DNA from: Diplonema japonicum
Taxonomy: Eukaryota; Protista; Euglenozoa: Diplonemea
Assembly (NCBI GenBank): GCA_964019335.1
Contig: OZ025666.1
Location: 496,001 to 560,000 of the forward strand
DNA length: 64,000 bases
Reading direction: 5' to 3'
The first letter of the stretch is position 1. Each line of letters begins with the position of its first letter. The position numbers and the translations under genes are program-made. Positions 32,550 through 44,600 of the stretch are shown here, one piece after another. The notes beneath the pieces are model-generated. The model was not told the DNA's origin, did not search any database, and saw nothing but the letters and a program-made list of their open reading frames with translations.

Positions 32550-33685
32550 TTATTCCTGGGGAAAGAAAAGAGAGGGAAAGAAAAAAAAAAAAAGAAAAAG
32601 TCCCTGTAAAAGGGATTTCCCCACGTTTCTTGTTATGGTCAGGCTTGTTTCTTTTTTTTTCCTTCTTCTGTGTTTTTGAAATGTTCTTTCTTCTTTTTTC
32701 TTTTTTTTTTGTAATGAAATGTGTTCCGGCAGAACTTTAGTTTTTTGTTGCAGGCATCCTGCCACATACCGCAGGGTACCTTTAAATGTCTCTTTTTTTT
32801 TGTTTTTGTTTCTCTTGGTGGTTGCAAGCACTTCTCCCATCTTAGTAAAGCTTTTTAAGAACAAATTTTGAAAATAATTGTTATTGCAAAAAAAAGAGTA
32901 AAGGCAACTAGCTGTGTCCGTCAGTCCCTGCAGTAGGAAACGGCTTGCACAAACAATCAGCAGACTCTTTTTTTTTTGTTACAAATATTTATCTTTCAAA
33001 AAATGATTTTATAACTATATGCAACTTGTGCCGAGCAAAAGACTTTAGCAGCTTTTTAAAAAACCTTTTTTGCTCGCGCGAACAACAAAGACATATAGTC
33101 ATAAAGAATTATTTTTTTTCACGGCGTTCGAGTAATTTTCAGGGAGAAAAAGGGGAAATAAAAACAAGGAGTATTCACTTAATACCCAAGAAAAGGAGCT
33201 GAAGTTCACTTTAATACCCAAAAGTAGGTTTTTTTTGAGGCTGTCTAAGTGAGACTTGTATTTTGGCGACTTTGGTATTAAGTGAATTACCCCAAACAAA
33301 GAAAGGGGAAGGAAAGGACTCTCCAGGCTCCTGCTGGAATATTTTTTTTTATGATGCATGTACTTTTTTTTTTATCGTCTTTTTGTCCTGTCTGTTCTTT
33401 TTGAGTTTTTTGTCGTTGTCCTCCCTTTTCTTTTCTAAAGAAAAAAAAAGAAAGAGCTGCGAAGAGGAGGAAAAAAAAAAAATAAAAAAGAAAAAAAAAA
33501 AAAAAGCAAATAGAAAAAAGAAAAGAAAAGATCTTAATGAAACGAACCAAAGCCATCCCCCGGTCGTTTTCTTTTTCTTTTTTATATCTTTCTCGGTTTT
33601 TTTTTTTTTTATTCCTGCACCGAACATACCTTGCAACCCTTTTTGTAGGATCCATACAAAAACAGCTTTACACATATGAAATAAA

Positions 33686-34100
33686 ATGCCAGTCGAGCTC
33701 ATAGTACGGCTCACCTCCGGTGAAGCAGCCATCATGGAGGTTCCAGGGAGCAGCACAGTGCAGGAGCTGAAGGCACAGATCGCCCTGAAGACAGGACTGT
33801 TATGTGATATGATGAGGCTCAGCTTCGAAGGGGAAGATCTGGACGACACGCGGCAGGTGTACGAGTCCTTTCGAGGACCAGAGCGAGATCGTGGTGGGAA
33901 TGGACAATAGGATGACGGCGCTCATGAGACGGAGGAACTTGGGTACAAGGGGAAGAATGGAACTAATGTGTTTTTTGAGATGCAGGTTCTCCGGAAAAAA
34001 GGACGTCTGAACGGGAGGGCAGACGTAGCGTTCTGTGAGGTACTGGAATTGAAAGCTTCATGGGGCTGATGTGTTATTCGATACACTGCTTGGAAGGACG
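33686..34100 (+). pseudogene. Ubiquitin-like-domain gene, frameshifted and cut off by a retrotransposon
   Basis: VRLTSGE...TVQELKAQI...LSFEGEDLDD Ubl fold; continuation FEDQSEIVVG lies in another frame; retroelement sequence follows. Confidence 0.6.
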
Positions 34101-35535
34101 ACAAGCTGTGGACACGCTGCGACGCCATTGCCAAACGGTACAGCGGGAAGAAGATACCGCTGGGGCCGGTGGGCATCATGATGGAAAGGTGGCTGCCTCA
34201 GATCAAGTTAAGCTGGGCACAGCTGAAGGACACCCACGCACTGGAAAAGGAACCCTACAAGCACTACATCAGGGACCGACTCAGGCGGGCGGAAGCACAG
34301 GAAATCATGAGCAAACGGAGCACCATGGGGGCATGGAAGCTGCGGCAGCAGCGGAGACCAACGCGCTGTGGAGGAAGCTGGTGGTGACGGACCCGATTGC
34401 AGCAAGGGACGTGCGAAGGATCATCTCGGGGGCAGTGTTCTACATCAACCCACGGGGATGGCGCACGGACACGGTGGAGCACATCCCGATGGCGGAAGGA
34501 GAAGAAGACGAGGCTGAAGATGAACAAGAAGAAGAAGAAGAGGAAGGACAGGACACCGAAAAGTGGCTGATTGCGGAGGCGAGGAAGCAAGAAGCTAAGC
34601 AGGCCGAACCCACGACGGCACACTGCGACATCTGCGGTCAGGAGCAACAGCTGCCCAACATGCTGGAGCACGCACTGTGGGAGTGCGAAAAGGCCAAGGA
34701 AGTGCAACAGCGGGAAGAACACGAAGGCATGACGCGCAGGGGGCTGGAACCGTGTACGAAGCTGCATGGCATCCTGCCAAGGGGAGCAGGGAAGGATGTC
34801 AGGGAAAGGCTCGAAGGAACGCAGAGGTACCTGCTGGCGGTGGTGGGGGAGCGGGACGCAGCCCTACAAGCGAAGAGGCGGGAGGTGTACCACACACACC
34901 AGTGGCTGGAGATCACACAAGGTCAAGAACACCCAGTACCGTCGGACAAGGACTTCGGCAAGCTACCGGCAGGGGATGTCCTACGGGAGTACACGAAGGA
35001 GGTGCTGAGGTGGATGCGGCAACTGCGCTGGTATGCAGGCAGCAGGAACACGTCAGTGTCGACGGTGGAGCTGGCACTGGATTTCGAGAACGTGACCGGG
35101 AAGACCCTTGGAGGGAAGCTGGGGGATCTCGCAGAAGTACAGCAGAAAGCGAGGAGATTGCATGGACAGATGAAGAAGATCTGGCACACATGGGAGCTAG
35201 GGAGGGTACTGAAGAAGGTGAAAGGAAGGAGGGCCTTCCCAGCTGAGCCGTGCACAAGGGTGCACACACTACGATCCATCGGGAGGACAAAGGCGGATGG
35301 AACAGGAGGGCGATATTTGCATCACCGAAGACCAAGCATGACCTAGAGGCGTTGAAAGGACAATGGGCAAGAGAACGAAGAGAAAGGGCGGCCAGGCTGG
35401 GGAGAAGGCCGGCAAGACCACCAAAGGAGGAGAAACCGCTGCTGAAAGGGGATAGGTGCAGGTAGAAGATGAGAACAAGGGGGCGTCTCACAAAGACTTC
35501 CTTTAACTCATATTTTTTTTTCTTCTTCTTTTTTG
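34100..35535 (+). mobile_element. 5'-truncated family-B retrotransposon
   Basis: LGPVGIMMERWL, RRIISGAVF, CDIC..EHALWEC, C-terminal domain, same 3' UTR as 4985-5050, frameshifts present. Confidence 0.9.
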
Positions 35536-36321
35536 GGGTACCAACCCACCTCTTGTGGTGGTTCCTGGTAATTGTGGTTAGGATTCCCCAGGTCTGACAA
35601 ATAGCCTCGTGGCCTTGTGCCAGTGAAGCAAGCGTCCCATAAGTTGGTGTTCAATTGCTTCTGTAGCCACTCTCCCTATTGCAAAGCTAAGTTTCCTTTA
35701 CCACTCCACTTTTACTTTCTACGGACCACAGGACTTGTGAGGCTTCGGGGCGAAGCTTCACAAGGGTGGCTGTGTCACATACTGCATGGCACCACTAAAG
35801 TCGATTCAATTCTTATTTTATTTTTTTCTCCGCACAAAACAACGAATAATAATAACTCGCCCATTCTTTTTTGCTTGGGAACAGGGAAAGCAATATTTTG
35901 ATAACGAATTCCACTGTGATGTGGTGGGCTCACAAGTACCTCGCCCTCCAGTACTGCCCAGGGAAGGGCACCCGGTCAGCGCCGTACGAGAGGATGAGGA
36001 TGACGCTCCCCTCACGTCATTTGTAGGCCTGAACTTGTTGACAGTACCTGGTAGGGGACTGCCTTGAGCCCTCCCTACCCCTACCCTTTTGTCCCAACCC
36101 AAACTGGGGAGTCACCCACTTGGTGTTCCCCGACAGGGACTCCCAGTGCCTCGGGTGTGCGGGAGCAGGTGTGCTTAGCCCCGGAGGGGCTTGTGTTTTA
36201 GTGGTCTCGGCTGAGGCGGTCAGAACGGCAGGGGCGGCTGCGTTGTGCATGACCCAACAAAAAAAAAAAAAAAAGAAAAAAATAGGCAACACAAAAAAAG
36301 AAAAAACCCCCCCACAATGCC

Positions 36322-37115
36322 ATGTCTTACGACGAGGAGACGCACAGATCACTGAAGCTGTCGTTCACAGATGCCGGGACGGACAGCGCATCGGAGATAA
36401 CCATCACCGCGTCCAGGAACACAGAGGGCTTCGAATGGAAATGGAAACGGCTATGGAGAGCGTTGTACATCCTCAGCAACCTCGTCCTGTTGTGTATCGG
36501 TTCATTGTGTGTCATAGGTGGCTTCAGCGAAGCCGGCATAACAGGGTGGTGGGAGGTGGACTGGACGACCGGCTTGCTAATCTGCTTAGTGACCATCACC
36601 GCCATATTCTTCTGCATAGCCGCCATCGGCGGTCTCGTCCACACCAAAAAACCTATTTTCCTTAAATTCTTCATTGTCATCTATCTGTTTTCTGCCTCCA
36701 TAGCCATCACTGTTACTGGTATCGTGGTCGCAGCCTCAGGGGGTCTGAACCCTATTGACGGTGATGTTCAAAGCGCATGGGCCACTACCTCTCATGAGAG
36801 TCCTTCTAAGATCTGCTCGTTAGAGCGTGCAATGAAGTGTACAGGCTGGGCGTCACCTTGTACAGGTGTTGTTTCAGGCCTCTCGAAGGAAGAGCCTGGG
36901 TGTCCTTCGAACTGCACCTATACCAACCACAAAACGTGCTCTGAGAGGGTTTCGCAATTGAGACCTTATGTATGGAAGGGGGGGGGAGTGGGGTTAAGAA
37001 TTTTATTTTTTATATAAAAAAAAAAAAGGCAATTGGAGCCACGGCCGCCATGTTCATCTGTTGTCTTACAGCTGGTCAATATACACATTTGTTGTTGCTT
37101 TCTGTTGCTTCTTGA
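36322..37115 (+). CDS. Tetraspanin-like protein (probable intron 36970-37028; 3' end uncertain)
   Basis: Three N-terminal TMs, Cys-rich loop CSLERAMKCTGW..C..CPSNC..C, hydrophobic final exon. Confidence 0.7.
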
Positions 37116-37205
37116 GAAGGGAAAGAAAAAAAAGGGAAGGGGGGGATACAATGAAAAATATGTTTGGGGTAGCGTTTATGCGTTTCTTTTTTTTTTTTTT
37201 TTTTT

Positions 37206-38668
37206 CACACACATACGACCCGGAGGTGGCCTCGCCATACCGCGCAATGGCTCTATTCCACAGGGTGCACCAGAAGAAGGGGACAGTGTGGGAAAGATGT
37301 GAAAGGCTGGCAGTAGCATACCGCGAGGAAGGAAGAACAACACCGCTAGGTCCGGTAGGCAATATGCTGCGAAGGTGGCTTCCGAAAGTGGGTCTCGGCT
37401 GGACGGGGTTCACACAGAAGCTGAAGGAAGGGAAGGAACGTTTCGCGCACGAAATGCGGGAGAGGCTGAGGGTGGGACGCTCAAAAAGCATCGAACAGGT
37501 GAGGAGGTCGATGCGAGACCTGGGGGAAGGAGCGGACCCGAGTACGAACGAGCTCTGGCAGCGGCTGAGGAAGAGCAACGATCCGATAGCAGCCAGGGCC
37601 TTACAGCGGGTGATAACCGGGGGAGTTTTCTACATCAACCCCAGGGGGTGGCACACGGACGCCAAGAAGAACATCGAACCGCCGAAGGAGGGAGAGGACA
37701 CCACCTCAGGAGAGGAAGAAGAGGAAGAAGAAGAGGAAATGACGCGACCCACGAGGCGGCAGCCAGCACAGTACGTCAACTGTGACATATGTGAACACGA
37801 GGTGCATGAGCACGACATGCTCAAGCACGCGCTGTGGGACTGCGAGTTGGCAAGGGAAATACAAAACAAGGAAGCTAACAGAGCAGTGGTGGAGGAACGG
37901 ACGGCCATGCCGAGGTGCATGCAGCTGCACGGAGTGCTGCCGCGAGGACACGACAAAGAGCATCTCAAGAACCTGCAGCTCTACCTCCTGGAGGTGGTAA
38001 CAGAACGAGACCGCCGCCTGCAGGAAAAGAGGGCACTGGAGAGGTACACGACTCACCCGTGGGAAGTGATAGAGGAAAAAGACACCCGACACCGACATGG
38101 AGAGAACTACGACAACATGTAGGGGGGGGGCTCATGAAACAGTACGGACAGGAGATCGTCAAATGGCTAGGGCAGCTCAAGTGGTACCGGGGCCCGAGGA
38201 GAACAACGGTCACGACAATAGAGCTTGCGCTGGACTTCGAGAACAGCACAATGAAGTCGCTGGTGGGTGAACGTGGAGACCTGACACTAATAGGTAAAAA
38301 GGCGAGACGGCTACATGGCCTGCTGGTGAGGCTGCAGGAAGGCTGGCAGGACGCGCGGATAAGGAGGAAGGTCAGGGGACACAGAGCCATACCGGCGGAG
38401 CAACGGCGGAACCACGGCCTGAGGACCATAGGGGGGAGAAAGGTCTTGAGCTGGGACAGAAGACCGCTGCACGTCTCGGAACAGACGAAGAAGGACCTCC
38501 AGAAACTGAGACAGCAGTGGCAGAAGGAGCGGGTGAGCGCCATGAGGGAGCGGGCTCAGCCCAAAAAGGAAAGACCGAAGCCGCTGAAGGGAGATAGGGG
38601 CAGGTAGAAGAACAAGACAGGACGTCCCAGATCAGGGATTTCCTTTTACCTCTTTAATTTTTTTTTTT
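37206..38668 (+). mobile_element. 5'-truncated, diverged family-B-related retrotransposon
   Basis: LGPVGNMLRRWL, RVITGGVFYINP, CDIC..HALWDC, TTIELALDFE, LKGDRGR*; T runs on both sides. Confidence 0.88.
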
Positions 38669-39349
38669 TGGTGAGCGCCCCAGTGTTGGAGTGGAACGAG
38701 CAAGGGTTAGTTCACATCCAGCAAGCCGTGTGCGAAGATCCTCGGCTATTTTCATCACATTTTTTTTCCTTCAATACACCAATACCTCTCTGTCTTCATG
38801 CACTGCGGCTCTCCCCCCCCCGGCATGATGTGGTTACCGCAGATTGTTAGGTTTTGCGCAAAAAAGAAAAAGAAGAAAAACCCAACCCCCACCGCGTGTA
38901 TTGAAAAACCACACGAGGGAATGAATTGACTGCTATTATTTTTTTTTATTGCGCCGAGCGAAAAATCTTTCCTCTCCTATGACGAGAAACGAAACTATCT
39001 TCCTCAACGCGTCCCCCCCTCCTACAGGTTTACTTTTTAACCTGATTGAGATTGTGACTGTTGCCCTTTACTTTTTTCTTTTTGCGTGGGCTGTCTAAAC
39101 CAAAAAAAAAGATTAAATTTTTTTTTTCCATGTTTCATCCCGTTCTGTTAAGGAAGAAATTTACCCCCCTTTCCCCCCCCCAACATTTTTTCTGTTCCTC
39201 GGTTATGGTGCATCTTTCCAACTTGTTCGGTTTTCTTTTGAGATTTTCCTTTTGAATTTAATTGCAAGTTTTTTTTTCTTTTGACAACAAAAAAAAAAGG
39301 GAAAAAAGAAACACAAAAAACTAACACACAAAAAAAAAAAGAAAGAAAA

Positions 39350-41505
39350 ATGGTAGAAGTGTCCATTATCGGGGCGGAGGTGACCAGGATGCTAAGTGAC
39401 TCGAAGGCAGACTTGAGAAAGAGGGGGGCCGCAGAAATCGACAGGAAGGTGCAACTTCATTGCTCAGAGAAGGACTGGGGTGCAGTCCACAATCTAATCA
39501 GACTTCTGAAGAATTCCTTCACACATTCAGTACAGAATTCACTGAGAAAAGGAGGGCTGCTGGCCATTAGCGCCGTGGCGATCGCCCTAGGAAACGGGAA
39601 TATAGGAGAGGTATGGTAAAAAAAGAAAAAAGAAAACTAAACCAAACAACAAAATATAACACACAAAGTTTGTCTACGAGCTTGTTGAAGCAGCGATCGA
39701 ACTGTTCCAGGACCAAGACCCAACAGTGCGTTACCACGCGGCGGAGTGCCTGTACAACATAGCCAAGGTGGCCAGGGGTCTCTTGTTGGTGGAGTTTGGG
39801 GAGATTTTCACGGGAATCTGCAATTTGAAGTCCGATAACGACAGAGCGGTATGCCACAACAACATTGGAAAAAAAAGGAAAAAAAAAGGTGCAAAACGCC
39901 TCTGACACCCTCGACGGTATCCTCCGCGACATCGCAACTGAGAGCAAAGAGTTTAACGTGGAACTGTTCGTCCGCACCATCAGGAAGCATGTTGTCTCTA
40001 CCAAGCCCAGAATACGCCAGTACGTGCTCTCCTGGCTGCTTGTGCTGGAGACCGCCGACATCAACCTGGTTGACTACCTCCCTGAGTTCTTGGGCGGTGT
40101 TCTTGACATTCTCGCGGACCCCGACAAAAAGATTGCGGGCCTAGCTGATAAGGTACTCTCCGCGTACCTCCAACGCCTTCGCGACATGGTCAGCAAGGAT
40201 ATGCCCGTGCAGTGGCAGAGGATCATCTCCATCATCATCGATGGGTGTATGAAACGTGACGACAGAACCCGTGGCAGCGCCCTTGCGTGGGTCGTGGAGT
40301 TCCTCTGCCTCTCGAAGTACAAGATGGTTGAATCGATCCCCGAGCTTCTCAAGGTCGTCCTAACTTGTATGGCCGACAAGGAGAAGAGTATCAAAGACAA
40401 CGCCAGCGTTGCCAACGGTTACCTTGCCTCTCTGTTCGGGGCTGCAAAGGAAACCGGTGGTGAGATTGAGGAGGAGGTGAAGAAGGTTCTGCCCGACGTG
40501 TTCGACTCCCTCACAAACTCGCTTTCATCGGGCGAGATTGCCACAAAGAGCAGCGCTCTTCAATGGTTGCACATGGTCCTCGAGGCCTACCCCGACCTCA
40601 TCTCCTCATCGTACCCATCTCTCTTTCCCGACCTGCTCAGGCTGCTAGGCGATCCCTCTGACCAGGTAGTCGAATTGTCCCTCCAGGTCCTCGCCATGAT
40701 CACAAGGGGATCCAGCAGCAATTTCCATAGGTTTCTGTCTGAGCTTGTCAGTTTCTTGCAAGTCGACGGCTTCAAGCACATGTCGCGAGCAGGCATGATC
40801 GTCAAGATACTTGCCAAGATCACACCTCCAGAGGAGCTCTTCTCAATCCTTGCCTCTATTATACCCACTGTTACAGACCTGGGCTTCGTGTCTAGTCTGG
40901 TGACAAACTTGAACATCGTGCTGCTGACGTCACCCGAGCTGCTGCCGCTCAGGAACATCCTGAAGAAGGGGCTCAACGATGAGAAGGCAAAGAAGCTATT
41001 CACGGAGCTGTACTACTGCTGGTCGTTCAATGCCGTGTCGCTTGTGAGTCTGTGCCTGCTGGCGAAGGCGTACAAGCATGCTTATGACCTGATCAGAACC
41101 TTTGGTGAGCAAGAGATCACCGTCTCGATGCTGGTTCAGATAGACAAGTTGATCCAGATGCTGGAGTCGCCTGTCTTCACATACATTCGGCTGGCGCTGC
41201 TGGAGCCCAACGAGAACCCCTACCTCATCAAGGCACTGTTTGGGGTCCTGATGCTCCTCCCGCAGTCCACTGCCTTCGACGATCTCCACAAGCGACTCAA
41301 GTCGGTGAACACGGTCTGCAACCTCAACGCGCAAATCCGAAGCGACGCCGCCACCAACGGTGACGACTCGTCAATTGAATGGTATGTTTTCTGTGCCTTA
41401 ATGAAACTCGCTCACAGGGACAAGCTTCTGGAGCACTACAAATCGGTGGAGACCGACAAGGAGGCGTTTGTTAAATCCGGTGGCAACCGTGCCACAGTAT
41501 CCTAG
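39350..41505 (+). CDS. VAC14: VAC14 scaffold of the PIKfyve/Fab1 complex, 4 exons
   Basis: RKGGLLA, VRYHAAECLYNIAKVARG, QIDKLIQMLESPVFTYIRLALLEP, LMLLPQSTAF; introns 39611-39668, 39849-39888, 41382-41417. Confidence 0.95.
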
Positions 41506-41612
41506 AAGTGTATTCTAGCACCGTTTTTTCTTGGTTTTCTTTTTTAAACGTCCGAGTGGTGCGTTCCAGTTGCTTCTTATCCAACGAGATCACATCACCG
41601 CCAGGAGGTTGG

Positions 41613-44600
41613 ATGAACCCATGGGACCCTTCCCTGCTGGTGAGGCCAGCTTCGTCTGCCACGTTGAACAGGAGCACCAGCTCGACCAGCACAGACGATG
41701 GACGGGGACACAGACGCCTCGGGAGTGTGTACAGTGCGTGTACATATGACGTCGGAGGGGGAGGACAGAAGACAGGCGGTGGTGGTGGGCACTTTTCTGA
41801 AGAAGCCGTTGATTGCCTCGACGAGCTTCTCTCGTGCTGTGCTGACGAGTGGAAGGCCGACGACCGTGTGTGGCTTTTAGAGCAAGACGAAGGTCGTATG
41901 CAGTGGGAAGGACACTTCACACACCACCTCTTGCGGAGCTCGACAAAGCCAGCCAGGTCCAATACCGAGGCGCTCGAGCAGATTCGCTGCCAGAAAGAGG
42001 AAGCCGTTCACATCAAGCAAACAGCAACAAGTGGTCGCAAAGCTGCCGAAGCAAGGCTCCGACAACTCCTGTCGGCTAAAAACTCCACTTCTTCAAGCTT
42101 GCCAGTGTCAGCAGCAGGCAAGCACTGCAGAACGATCGCCCTCAACGTGAAAGAAGGGCAGATCACACTGGAGAAGCTTGGTGTCGCAATTGGCTCAGGT
42201 CTAACAGTGTCCCGTGTGCAACAAGGCACAGAGGCAGAAAGTCAGGGTGTCGCGCCCGGTGCCAGGATTGTGGAAATCAACCACAAGCCAGTGAGCAGCA
42301 AGGAAGACGTAGTCTCGATGTTGCTGCAAAATCAAAACACAGAGCTAGTCTTGACGGTGGCGCAGTCCGGTTCGCAACTGACAGGCGAGGGGTTCCCGGA
42401 AGGGCTATTCGTTACACCGCCGCCCAGTCACTCTCAGTGTGCCGGGTGGTACGGCAGGGCACTGGGACAGACCGTGAACGGGTACCCTGTGTGGGAGAGG
42501 TGCGACGACAACGATTCACGCTGGTACCTGTACGCCACACAGGACGGGCGATGGGCTGTTGCGTCATCGCAGTATGATATGGCGAACCACCTTGCTGATC
42601 TGCAGACGGAGTCTTACCACAACGGCAGTCCACCTACAGAGTTCAACGGATCGTGGCTAGAAAACACAGGCAGCCATTGGGTGCCCGTGGCAGGGATGCG
42701 AGTGACCCCTCTCGCTGTACCTGTCTCCGAGAGGATCCCGAGCACCACGTTGGTTGTGTCGAAGAGCAAGAGCCACGGCAAAGTAGACAGGATGTCTGGG
42801 CTTGATGTGGATGACAGCATGATCGTGTTGTCAGTGCAGCCCGGGTCCGCGGGGGAAAGGGCGGGCATCCTTCCTGGATCTCGAGTGCTTGCAGTTGACG
42901 GGTTAAGTGTGAATTCGAAGGAAGAAATGGAGAAAGCTTTAAAAACGAAAGACGAGAACTTCTGTGTGACGGTCGCTCAGCCTGCCTACGCAGATCGTGA
43001 CACAGGCGTCTCGATGTCGATGTGCCCTAACAAAAACAACAGCGACTCATACGCTCTGCTGGAGTCGACCACAGCATTGCGTGACTTCGGGGACAAGATC
43101 GTGTCAGAGTGGCACGGCAAGAAGAGCAATGTTCTGGAAGAGCTCGCAGCCAACCTTGTCGTGCCCCCAGGGAAGGAGCCTATGAAGGTATGATGGTTGC
43201 ATGACACACACCACACCACTACAGGCCATCGCAGAGGCTGCGTTCCATTTGCACAGAATGAAGGGTGCTGCATACCCTGATAAGAACCTAGCGGAGCTGT
43301 TGGTGATGGCAATCTATACCATGGTGTGCTGCCTTTGAGATACAACACAAACAAATACAAACAGGCAGGGCCTGACATCGATGCTTTGATGGGGTTTGAG
43401 GGCGTGCCAGTATTCCAAGGGGAGATGCCTGCGTATGTTCAAAACAGCAAAGAAAAAAAAAGAAGAAAATATCCACCAAACAGCGAATGGATCGCTTACA
43501 CGTCTGAGAAAAAGGATCGCAACGGTGCGGTGTTCAGCGCCATCAACTGGGCTAGTCGGACGGCATCTGCCCCGAAAAATAAGGACACCGACGAAGCTTG
43601 GGGGACGCTCAAGAAATGGGTGAAGTACCTCGGGCTGCTTGCAGCGCTTTCATGCGAAGAAAGAGGCGGCGACGGCATCGCAGTGTATGAAAGATTAGAC
43701 GGCGATAGGAAAGGATGGGTCACGAGGGAGGAGATCCGCCTGCACATGAAGAAATACCCTGCCGTCAGGTCGAGGTTGGGGAGCAAGTCCATCGACTGGG
43801 ATGAAGGCACCGGGAACGTCACAAAAGATGAGTTTCTTGAGCTGTGGAAAAAAGCCGACCCGGGATCAAACACAGACCTTATCGTGGCGCGTGGCATCGC
43901 AGGGCTGCCTGCTGATGTCTTCAAAGCTCACAATTCAATGGGTGTGGGGTCGACCCTCAGCTGGCCCGCTCCTGCATCGTGCGCTTTTGACCGTGCCGTG
44001 TCCGAGGCCTACATCCGAGGTGAAGCCATCAACGCCGTCAGACATAAGGGCGGCTCCATTCTGTTCTTGATCGAGAATTCCAACTGGGGGCTTCCCTTGC
44101 AAGCTATCTCAAAGTACCCCAAGGAGGCCGAGCTGCTGCTCCCGCCTCTGACGACGTTTGAGATCAAAAGGATCAAAGAAGGCACCGACCACGGACTGGA
44201 GGGCGTGCTGATCATCAACTTAGAGTGCGCGTCAGTGTTGGGGGCTTCGTCACTTAGATCCTTCACAAACGAATGCAGAGAAGATGCCGCCATTGCTGCC
44301 ATGGAAATCGCGCACGTCTTAGCTGGTGGACCCGCGCATGGCCTGATGAGCATTGCGCCTGGAACACCTGTCGAAGTGCGCACCCAGTCAAACAAGAAAG
44401 GAACAAGATGGGAACGAGCTACCGTCCTAGAAAGCACTCCCGATGGATACATAGTGGAGTGGCCTGAATGGAATGCAGAAGGTGGAATCAAGCAGGCGTT
44501 CGTGACTGCCAAAGATATGCGTGTCCTTCCTGTGTCTTCGAAGCTGAAGTCCATCCTGCTGGAGGGGGGGCTGCTGGACACGATGTCGGGGAGGTACGTC

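Noticed and set aside
35540-36250. GC-richer spacer with a gggagtc..gactccc hairpin
   Set aside because: No recognisable ORF, repeat partner or RNA motif within the window.
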